Source: Silvanigrellaceae bacterium (GTDB lineage: Bacteria > Bdellovibrionota_B > Oligoflexia > Silvanigrellales > Silvanigrellaceae). From it: a DNA stretch of 20,984 nucleotides. The number at the start of each line of letters is the position of its first letter. Within the stretch, counting starts at the first letter, position 1. The notes beneath the pieces are model-generated. The model searched no databases. It was given only the letters and a program-made list of their open reading frames with translations, and was not told the DNA's origin. Shown in pieces: positions 8,948-16,754 of the stretch. A program made the translations under genes and the position numbers. The stretch lies in the NCBI GenBank assembly GCA_049423385.1, contig JBMSQQ010000062.1, positions 1-20,984 of the forward strand, in the 5' to 3' direction.

Positions 8948-10388
8948 GTTTTTTCCACAGCTGAACGGCATCAAAGGCGCTTTGCAGTGCATCTGCCACT
9001 CCCACGCCTTTTTTGTAGATTCCGGCAAAAAGAAGACCCGGGTAACGTGCCTCAAGGCGCCACAACGCCTTGAGTCTTTCATCATGTTGCTTGTCGGCAA
9101 TGCCAACGACATTTTGCCAGCGGACAATCTGAATGTGTTCGGGCTCTGGCTGTGCATCGATCAATCCCAAAGAGTCCAGCTGCGAAAGGGTATACTTTCG
9201 CAATTCTTCGTCGCTCCATCCAATGGCTTCCGGGCATCTGTCGCCGCCAATCAAAACCCGATAGGAATAGAATCCTTCCGGAACATGTTGAGGATAAATG
9301 GAATGGACAAAAAGCACGCCCAGCAGCGCCTTTGACTCGCGTCTGGCGAGCACACCAAAACCATTTTTTGTGATATTTGATTTGCGTCCGGAGACGTTGA
9401 CAACCACAAGTGAATGACTGGGAGCTTCAGCCCAGCGTTTCCAATCGCCCGCGGCCTCGGGAATGTCCCATTGCAGATTTTGTGCTTTCCAAGGCGCGGC
9501 GGTCCAAAAGACGGCGTCGAAATCATGCGCCCCGTTCAGACGAATTCGATTGTTTCCAAGAGATTCAATCGAATGGACGGCCTCACCCAGGCGAATCTTC
9601 AGCATGCCGGGATTATCGTTTTTCCATTTGTTCAGGCTCACTTCAAACGCTTCAATGAACGATCTCATTCCGTTTGGAAAACTCAGAAGTCCCTTGGGCC
9701 AATGTGGAGTCGACTGCCTTGCAGCCTGGGAACCCGGAAGTTAGCGGCGGGCAAAAACGCGCGCAAGCAATCCACGGATGACGCTTCCATGCTGAACTTC
9801 CATTTCAGGCAGGAGCGGAAAAGCGTGGCGCGCAAGAAGTTTTTCTGCGCCTCCTCCCCAGATGCCGGTCGCCATTGGAAGCATCAGGTTTTCGGCAACC
9901 GCGATTCCAAAGCGTCGTCGTGCAAAGTCATAAAGTGTTTCATTGTTGTCGGGAGGAAGCTGGGTCTTCACAAAAACTTCAAACAATGCTCGTAAAAGTT
10001 GGCCAAGGCTCAAAACTCCGGAGCGGAGCACCGAGAAGGGCCCGGTGAGCGGCGCGGGATGTCCCGAAGGAGCAATCACGTAGCGGGTTTGATGCTTGCG
10101 GTCTGGAGATGGTGCAATCAGGTCCGAAGGTTTGAGATCGAGTTCGACCAAGGTATCGACAAACGACTTTCGGCTCGAAAGCACACCTTGTGCCGCCGAC
10201 TCGACCTTCAGGCCCGATGGGTGCCTTGTTGTTTGCAGCAGGCCTCCGATTTGCAGATTGTCTTCGAAAAGAGTGAGGTCGATGTGTCGATCAGCGGGAT
10301 TCTGCTTCTGCCAAAGACAGAGCTGGTGGGCAATGCGCAAGCCCGTGCAGCCGGTTCCGACAATGGCGATGCGCTCGATGGAATTCAT
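8910..10388 (-). pseudogene. hemY: HemY-type proto-/coproporphyrinogen oxidase interrupted by one in-frame TAA (true nonsense allele or sequence error)
   Basis: ORFs 9741..10388 and 8910..9668 share a frame; FAD motif IAIVGTGCTGL, GIWGG, LLSFPNGM, GFGVL, VRW, GVGVADAL; total 492 codons; TAA at 9741-9743. Confidence 0.88.
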
Positions 10389-11183
10389 TCACTGCCCGGT
10401 CCAAACACAATATTTGCCTGCCTCTTTTCCTTCCGGACCTTCTTCGCAGATTTTTGCCGTCGTTCTTTGCGGGCAGGGTGGATACGGAAAGCCGCGATTC
10501 TGGGTTATTTTACATGGAGCAGATGTGTTGCTGCCGGACGTTGCTGCGGGTGCCGGCGAGGCGGATGCCGCGGATGCGGGCGTGCAGGTTTGAACCCATT
10601 CGGCATCCGAGATGCCGCAATATCTGCGGTTGTAATGAAAGTTGCACCAGTCACGGGTTTGAGTTTTTGCAGGACTCGACCCGCAGTCGTTTGAGGGTGC
10701 TTGTGGGGTGTTTTGAGTTGGCGATGATTTGCAGGTTGCCAGCCAATCGGAATCAGAAATCCCACAATATCTGCGGTTGTAGTGAAAGTTGCACCATTCG
10801 CTGGTCTTGCTTTTGTCCGGGCTCTGTGAACAGTCGTTGCCTGCAGACGCCTTGCCGTTGCACATCTGTGCTAGCTTTTCGCCAACACCCGCAGCCCAGC
10901 AACCGCCATCACAAGCTTTTCCCCAATTTCGCGTGCGGCAGCAATCGCGAAGATCGGGTGTTGCAGGTTCACTGCCAGCAGGGCAAGCGCTGCCAGGATT
11001 TTTTCCGTTCTCCGTGGTGGTTTGCGCAGGCTGCGCAGCTGCAGGCGAGGTGGGTATAGACTTGGCGGGTGTGTTTTTTGCAACCGGTCGAACCGAGTCA
11101 TCCTGCTGAACGCAGCTCATTGATGCCGAGACAAACGCAATCGAGGAGATTAGAAAAAAAAGCTTCGACTTGAATCTTTGCAA
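10389..11183 (-). CDS. Cys-rich repeat lipoprotein of unknown function
   Basis: TTG start with GAGGAG; signal ending SMS-C; 19 Cys; Pro/Ala/Thr linkers; stop codon abuts the hemY ATG. Confidence 0.85.
   Translation of the reverse strand: MQRFKSKLFFLISSIAFVSASMSCVQQDDSVRPVAKNTPAKSIPTSPAAAQPAQTTTENGKNPGSACPAGSEPATPDLRDCCRTRNWGKACDGGCWAAGVGEKLAQMCNGKASAGNDCSQSPDKSKTSEWCNFHYNRRYCGISDSDWLATCKSSPTQNTPQAPSNDCGSSPAKTQTRDWCNFHYNRRYCGISDAEWVQTCTPASAASASPAPAATSGSNTSAPCKITQNRGFPYPPCPQRTTAKICEEGPEGKEAGKYCVWTGQ
10584..10838 (-). repeat. Two 108-bp intragenic repeats (10731-10838 and 10584-10691) encoding a 36-aa four-Cys module
   Basis: NDCSQSPDKSKTSEWCNFHYNRRYCGISDSDWLATC vs NDCGSSPAKTQTRDWCNFHYNRRYCGISDAEWVQTC. 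Confidence 0.95.
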
Positions 11184-11439
11184 TTGATTCTCCTCGTGGT
11201 TTCTGCTGCGCGGATGTTTTTTTCTTCAATGACCATCATAAAGTCAAATTTACTCTTCTGTTGTCAGTTATTTGACCTGGGAGTTCGGAACACAAGGCGA
11301 ATCGCATGACCTTTCGGATGGACCGGGAAGGGGTCTTGCCAAATTTTATTTCCACAAGTCTCCGGAAGTTATGATGGATGAGGGAAATAGCTTAGGTCCA
11401 ACCCGGAAATTGTCGAAACGGGTCGAAAGGTGAAGCAAG

Positions 11440-12750
11440 ATGAACATCCGCATGATCTCAGCAGCTCGTCACTTGAAAGGCTTTGGCTTGTTTTTAAGCT
11501 TCATGCCTTTTGCCTTCGCTTTGACGAGCTGTTCCTCCGCTTCGAAGTGGTTTGGGAGCTTTTCGGGCCAGGAGCCTGCAACGAGTGTGGGCGCTGCTGG
11601 TGGTCCCGGGGGCGGGAGTTCAAGCACAACGTCGAACGACGAGAAGGAACAGCCAACCATCGAGGTGGCAGGTGTGAATCTGACCTCGATATGTTGGAAC
11701 CTTGCACCATCCTTGCGCGTTCCTGATCACACCGCAGTCCGTTGCGAAATCAAAAGCGATTTGGAATCCGAAACGGAATTGAAGGCGGCAAACATGTCGC
11801 TCAAAAGTTCTGCGGGTGGATTATCGTTTCCATCCGTTGGAATTACGGGCACCAAAGCAACCGCAGCATCGACCTGGATCATTTCAAAAGTCGCGAGCCT
11901 AACTGTCGAGTTTGATGTGCCGAATGCAGAAATGCCCATCATGTTGAAGTATCCGGTGCTTCTGACGATGGAAGGTGCGAGCCTCAATTCGGTGCCGGTT
12001 GTTGACACCCCTGTATTCAGGCCAGTGATGGGGCAATATTTTGCCACGGATCCATCGTGCAGCAATGCTGTTTCGCAGGATGTGACACTCATGATTGTTC
12101 CACCACTTCCGGGCTTGGTTGGCGCGTCCACTCAAATCACTGGATACGAATCGAATTTGCAACTCTATAACTTTGGCGGTGTCAGCCTGGATGCCGGAAG
12201 TAAAATTTGTGGATTGCAATTCGTCGACGATATCGAATTCACCTGGAGTTCAACCCCCGGAGCCAATTTCCGGGTTGCCGGAACCGTTGGGAGCATGGAC
12301 AACCTCATGTTTTCGGAATTCAGCGACACTGAAAAAGTGTTCGGCTTTCCCATGAACTTCATGATCGGGACGATGAATCCAAGCGGATTGCTGATGAAAA
12401 CCAGAATGGACAATGCGGGTTCGCTGCCGGCAGGAGATTCTCCATCGAATTGGTGCCCACTTGGATTGAAAGACTGCTTGAGTCGCATAGGCTCTGATCA
12501 AACAATCAAGATTCACCTCACAAAACTTGCGCCCTCTTTTTTGAGCAAGCATGCGCAGTCAATTCTGTTTGGCACAGATGCCTCGCAGGGAATCAATATC
12601 CGCATCCACGGATACCAGGCATTTGCACCTGACCTGTTTTTGAAAATATCCGATCCCGCAGGAATCTGTGCGTTATGTTCGTCCGGACTTTTCAATGGTC
12701 CTGGTCCTGGTTCCGTTCGCGGGAAGGTCAAATACTTACCGCCACAGTGA
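11440..12750 (+). CDS. Hypothetical lipoprotein (436 aa)
   Basis: Lipobox LTS-C, Gly/Ser linker, paired cysteines; no family recognised; start could be Met1 or Met5. Confidence 0.8.
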   Translation: MNIRMISAARHLKGFGLFLSFMPFAFALTSCSSASKWFGSFSGQEPATSVGAAGGPGGGSSSTTSNDEKEQPTIEVAGVNLTSICWNLAPSLRVPDHTAVRCEIKSDLESETELKAANMSLKSSAGGLSFPSVGITGTKATAASTWIISKVASLTVEFDVPNAEMPIMLKYPVLLTMEGASLNSVPVVDTPVFRPVMGQYFATDPSCSNAVSQDVTLMIVPPLPGLVGASTQITGYESNLQLYNFGGVSLDAGSKICGLQFVDDIEFTWSSTPGANFRVAGTVGSMDNLMFSEFSDTEKVFGFPMNFMIGTMNPSGLLMKTRMDNAGSLPAGDSPSNWCPLGLKDCLSRIGSDQTIKIHLTKLAPSFLSKHAQSILFGTDASQGINIRIHGYQAFAPDLFLKISDPAGICALCSSGLFNGPGPGSVRGKVKYLPPQ

Positions 12751-12840
12751 ATCTGAAACTGTCCCGACCTTCCTGTGCAATAAACCCATCTTCCATGTAT
12801 GATGGATGCCTGAACATTTGCCAGGCAAAGGTCCGTCGCC

Positions 12841-14811
12841 ATGAATTCATTGCTTCAAGATTCATCACGCCAAGTCCAATTTGATTCGCACATGTCTCGC
12901 CTTTCGCGGGCGCAATCGCGGGTGGCAAAAAGACTTGCCGTGTGGTCGATGCGCGAAGACCGTTTTGCCTTGGCGCGCCTGCTGTTGGCGGTTGTCCTTG
13001 TCATGGTTCTGGTTGGCTTTTATCGAAAGATGGATGCCTCGCAGGTGTTTCTCGGTTGGCTCGGATTTTTCGTGGTGTTTTTTTCGTTGTCCGCGGTTCA
13101 CCGGAAGCTCAAGCGCATTCGGGCCCGGTTTGAGGGCCTTGCGGGTGTTTTTGCCGCCGAATCGCATCGATTGGAACGCGACTGGAATGCATTGAGGCAG
13201 ATCAGGTCACGATTTTCCCTTTCCCTGTGGCAGCAGCAGGATGACCAATCAAAGGAGCATCCCTACAAAAGTGATTTCGATCTTTCCGGGCTTCCTTCCT
13301 TGTGGCTGGACACCTGCACCCTCGAGGAGGGCAGTGGGCGTCTCAAGCACGAACTGCTGGTGCGTGGACAATCGCCCTTGACGGTTGATGAGTTGGCGTC
13401 GCGGCGCAAAAAAATAGAGGAGCTTGCCGTTCAAAGCAAAGCACTGAGGCGTTGGGAATCCTATCGTTTTGGTGATTGGTCGGGGGAACTGCTGAAGGTT
13501 GCAGACGACGAACGGACGGACGTCGAAACCACCGACTCCGCTGCGGACGAAACCCTTTCGCCGGTGGCGCGCAGGAATCTGCTGGAAGCGGTTTTGTGGT
13601 TGTGCGTCTTGGTTCAGCTCGGGGTCTGGACAGGCTTGTTCTTGCCCAATCTGTTGTCATTTGTCGACTCGGCAGACACGCTGCAGTTGTCGCGCCCGCT
13701 CTCGATTTTTATTCCAATATTGCTTGTGAGTGCTGCATTCTGGGAGGCGTGGCGCCGGCGTGTGCAAATGTCGAGCGGTTCACTTGGCCTGCGCGAACTC
13801 AAGGTTCTCAATGCTTTGGAAGATGTCGACAAATGCCTGCCCGCAGCGGCGCGCAAACAATCGCTGGTTCCTGTTGCGGCAGGTCGGCGTTTCCGCTTTT
13901 TGCGTCTCACGTTCGAATTGGGCGAAGTGCGACGCAACCCGATCGTTTGGCTGTTGCTCAATGCCATTGTTCCTTATGACGCGATCACCTTTGCCGTGAC
14001 ACTCATGGCCCACCGCGCCCTCGATGGTCGCTTTCACGATTGGTGGAATGATGTTGTCGCGTTCGATTTTGATTGCAGTCTGGCGCGGGTGAAATTGGAA
14101 AATCCGGAGTTCACCCAGGCTGCATTTGCCGACGACGGCGTTGCAGCAACCCAAATTTGTCATCCACTGATTCCCTTTCATCAAAGAATTGGCAACGACC
14201 TCCAACTCGACAGCCAGCAGCGTTGCGTGTTGCTCACGGGCAGCAACATGGCCGGCAAGAGCACTCTGCTGCGTGCAATTGGTTTCAATGCCCTGCTGGC
14301 ACAAATGGGTTGCGTGGTTTGTGCAGAGCAAATGTCATTGCCGCGCGTCGAGATTCTTTGTGCGATCCAGGTTTCAGACTCGCTCGAATCCGGAGCCAGT
14401 TATTTTTATGCAGAGGTCAGGCGCCTGGCAATGGTTCTCTCCCGTCTCAAAAACGCGGATGAAGGCCAGCGCAAATTGTTTCTGATTGATGAAATCTTTC
14501 GCGGCACCAACAATCGCGAACGCTTTCTGGGTTCCTGGCAAGTCATTTCGGCATTGTTGCGCACGGGCGCCTTTGGTGTGCTGACGACGCATGATCTCGC
14601 GCTCACGAGCCTTGAAAATGAAGTGGCAGGCGTGCGCAATTTCCACTTGCGCGAAACGGTGGGCGAGCGTGGCACGCTGGAATTTGATTATCTTCTCCGG
14701 CCCGGCCCCTGTCCAACCACAAACGCTCTCATTATCATGCAACAAGCAGGACTTCCTGTTGAACTCGATTTCAAACCGGGGACCCACGAAGGGGGAAATC
14801 TGCATGTTTGA
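12841..14811 (+). CDS. Membrane-anchored MutS-related ATPase (domain V, lacking mismatch-recognition domains)
   Basis: TGSNMAGKST, SYFYAEVRRL, LIDEIFRGTN, TTHD, FDY; several hydrophobic helices in the N-terminal half. Confidence 0.9.
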   Translation: MNSLLQDSSRQVQFDSHMSRLSRAQSRVAKRLAVWSMREDRFALARLLLAVVLVMVLVGFYRKMDASQVFLGWLGFFVVFFSLSAVHRKLKRIRARFEGLAGVFAAESHRLERDWNALRQIRSRFSLSLWQQQDDQSKEHPYKSDFDLSGLPSLWLDTCTLEEGSGRLKHELLVRGQSPLTVDELASRRKKIEELAVQSKALRRWESYRFGDWSGELLKVADDERTDVETTDSAADETLSPVARRNLLEAVLWLCVLVQLGVWTGLFLPNLLSFVDSADTLQLSRPLSIFIPILLVSAAFWEAWRRRVQMSSGSLGLRELKVLNALEDVDKCLPAAARKQSLVPVAAGRRFRFLRLTFELGEVRRNPIVWLLLNAIVPYDAITFAVTLMAHRALDGRFHDWWNDVVAFDFDCSLARVKLENPEFTQAAFADDGVAATQICHPLIPFHQRIGNDLQLDSQQRCVLLTGSNMAGKSTLLRAIGFNALLAQMGCVVCAEQMSLPRVEILCAIQVSDSLESGASYFYAEVRRLAMVLSRLKNADEGQRKLFLIDEIFRGTNNRERFLGSWQVISALLRTGAFGVLTTHDLALTSLENEVAGVRNFHLRETVGERGTLEFDYLLRPGPCPTTNALIIMQQAGLPVELDFKPGTHEGGNLHV

Positions 14812-15550
14812 AGCCAAGGTTTTTCTTGCTGGCCCTTCGCGCACGGATGCCGGAGAGACTGCGGCGGAGTGGGGAGCATGGCAATTGCACAACCCGCCGC
14901 GTCCGTTGGGTCGACCCGAAAACGTCTATATCGCGGATGCCGGTCTGGAATCTTTTTTGCAGTGGTTCGACACTCTTTCCGGACCTGAGACCGAGCGGGT
15001 GCAGAATATCGTCTGGTGTGGTGATGGGGATTCGCTGGGCAAGCACGGCATTGAAATCCTCAAGAATACGGCAGCTCGATTTGAAGGGCGATGGCGTGAG
15101 CATTTCTATGCCAAGGACAAGGATTTTTCGGACTGTGCTGCAACCATGTCATTGCTTGAATATGATCTTCGCCATGCAAGCTCATCCACCGATCTGATGT
15201 GGCTGACGATTCATGGAGCCCTCGGCGGACGTCATGATCACGAGTGGGTGAACATGTTTGAGATTGCGGCGATGCTGGTCCGCATCCCGTGCCCTGGCGC
15301 TGCAGTTCTGGGACCCGGAAGAATTCTCACCACGGCGGCAGTTGACCTGCGCTTGCCTCTCGAACACCGCTTTTCCCTGTTGTCTGCATTTGCCGATCAA
15401 CAGGTGAGGGTCAAGCTGACTGGAGCGCGCTACTCAGGCGATCTGTTGCTGCGTCAGCCCTCGCATGGCCTGAGCAACCAGAGTGCAGCAGAGCTGGTGA
15501 TTGTTGAGCCGATGACGCGAGCAGTACCTGTGCTTGGGATTGTTTCTTGA
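14804..15550 (+). CDS. thiN: Thiamine pyrophosphokinase-like protein
   Basis: IADAG, GDGDS, KDFSD, GALGGRHDH, GLSN motifs; ATG 14804 overlaps the upstream stop by 8 bp. Confidence 0.75.
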   Translation: MFEAKVFLAGPSRTDAGETAAEWGAWQLHNPPRPLGRPENVYIADAGLESFLQWFDTLSGPETERVQNIVWCGDGDSLGKHGIEILKNTAARFEGRWREHFYAKDKDFSDCAATMSLLEYDLRHASSSTDLMWLTIHGALGGRHDHEWVNMFEIAAMLVRIPCPGAAVLGPGRILTTAAVDLRLPLEHRFSLLSAFADQQVRVKLTGARYSGDLLLRQPSHGLSNQSAAELVIVEPMTRAVPVLGIVS

Positions 15551-15575
15551 GCGATCATTGCATGGAGTTTTTTGG

Positions 15576-16754
15576 ATGAACAAGTCTACTGGCAATTCCA
15601 CCTCGTTGGAAAAGTGCGCCGTCGAAACCATTCTTCAGCATGCGGGAGCCCAACACCGTGTGGGTGATGGGCTGGTGGGAGCTCTCGAACAATCGGTCAC
15701 TTTTTCCACTTCGTCGGTGGACGATTTGCCTGTCTATTCCCGCCTGTCGAACACCAGTAATCATAAAGAGATTTGCGCTCTTGTTGCAGCTCTTCACCGC
15801 ACTTCATCAGCACAGGTTTTTGCTTCAGGGATGGCTGCGATTCACGCTGTTCTGACCTCAATCCTGCGTCCGGGTGATCATTTGTTGATGCAGGAAAATT
15901 GTTACGGAACGGCACAGGGTCTGGCGCAGAAGATCCTGGGACGATGGGGTATCGAAACAACACTTGCTCCGCTATCCGAGTGGCACAAGGCTTTGAAAAC
16001 CAACACCCGCGCTTTGTTCTTTGAAAGCATCTCGAAGCCGTTTTGCATGCCACAGGATTTTGCCTTGGCGTTGGAAGCCAAGGCGCGAAGTGGTGCCATG
16101 TTGATTTGCGACAACACCTTTGCCAGTCCGGCAAATTGCACGCCGGCTTTGGAAGGTGTCGATGTTGTCGTTGAAAGTGGAACCAAATACATGAACGGTC
16201 ATTCCGACCTCGTTTGTGGTGTTGTTGCCTGTTCCGACGAGTTTTCGGAACAACTGGCAACGACGGCAATGTACGTTGGAGGATTTTTGTCGCCCGCAGG
16301 CTGCATGCAGTTGCTCAGGGGGTTGCGTACGCTTCAGGTGCGCATGCGCGCCCACAACGAGAATGGGGTTGAATTTGCCCGGCAGGTGCGTGAGCTCGAT
16401 GGTGTGGCCGAGGTGTTCCATGGTTCATTGCTGAACCCGAAAGGCAACGATGTTTTTCGCGGTTACAGCGGAATGGTTGGAGTTCGTTTCGACCCGAGCG
16501 TTGATGTGCCTGCGCTGATGCGTCAACTCAAGCTTGTGAGCGATGTTCCAAGTCTCGGTGGCACCGAGACAACTGCCTGCATGCCTTGGTGGACCACCAA
16601 CCGTTGGATGAGCGACGCGGAAAAATCTCGATTGAAGATCGACGAAAAGTTGGTCAGGTTCAGCATCGGGCTGGAGTCTGTGAATGACCTGATCAGTGAT
16701 TTGCGCGCTGCGATTGCGTGCCAGAAGCTCAACCGGGCCGGCGTAAAACCCTGA
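15576..16754 (+). CDS. Cys/Met metabolism PLP-dependent enzyme (cystathionine gamma-synthase/lyase or methionine gamma-lyase family)
   Basis: YSR, FASGMAAI, DNTFASP, SGTKYMNGHSD (PLP Lys), SLGGTET, VRFSIGLE; ATG 15576 with GGAG. Confidence 0.92.
   Translation: MNKSTGNSTSLEKCAVETILQHAGAQHRVGDGLVGALEQSVTFSTSSVDDLPVYSRLSNTSNHKEICALVAALHRTSSAQVFASGMAAIHAVLTSILRPGDHLLMQENCYGTAQGLAQKILGRWGIETTLAPLSEWHKALKTNTRALFFESISKPFCMPQDFALALEAKARSGAMLICDNTFASPANCTPALEGVDVVVESGTKYMNGHSDLVCGVVACSDEFSEQLATTAMYVGGFLSPAGCMQLLRGLRTLQVRMRAHNENGVEFARQVRELDGVAEVFHGSLLNPKGNDVFRGYSGMVGVRFDPSVDVPALMRQLKLVSDVPSLGGTETTACMPWWTTNRWMSDAEKSRLKIDEKLVRFSIGLESVNDLISDLRAAIACQKLNRAGVKP

Noticed and set aside
8426..9157. 243-aa minus-strand ORF across the lipocalin and hemY end
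   Set aside because: Overlaps two well-supported genes and has no recognisable motifs
9741..9743. Genome-wide stop-codon reassignment or selenocysteine/pyrrolysine insertion
   Set aside because: The codon is TAA, not TGA or TAG, and TAA terminates efp at its expected end
10584..10838. Direct DNA repeats as a possible CRISPR array or mobile-element ends
   Set aside because: Only two copies, in frame, with synonymous differences; they encode a protein repeat; no cas or transposase genes
12667..12681. CALC as a c-type heme attachment site
   Set aside because: Followed by Ser, not His, so it is not CxxCH
14591..14803. 71-codon N-terminal extension of the ThiN-like ORF
   Set aside because: Lies within the conserved MutS C-terminus; ATG 14804 with a purine-rich RBS is the plausible start
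12841..14811. Canonical mismatch-repair mutS or mutS2
   Set aside because: No mismatch-binding domain or Smr domain; N-terminal transmembrane helices instead
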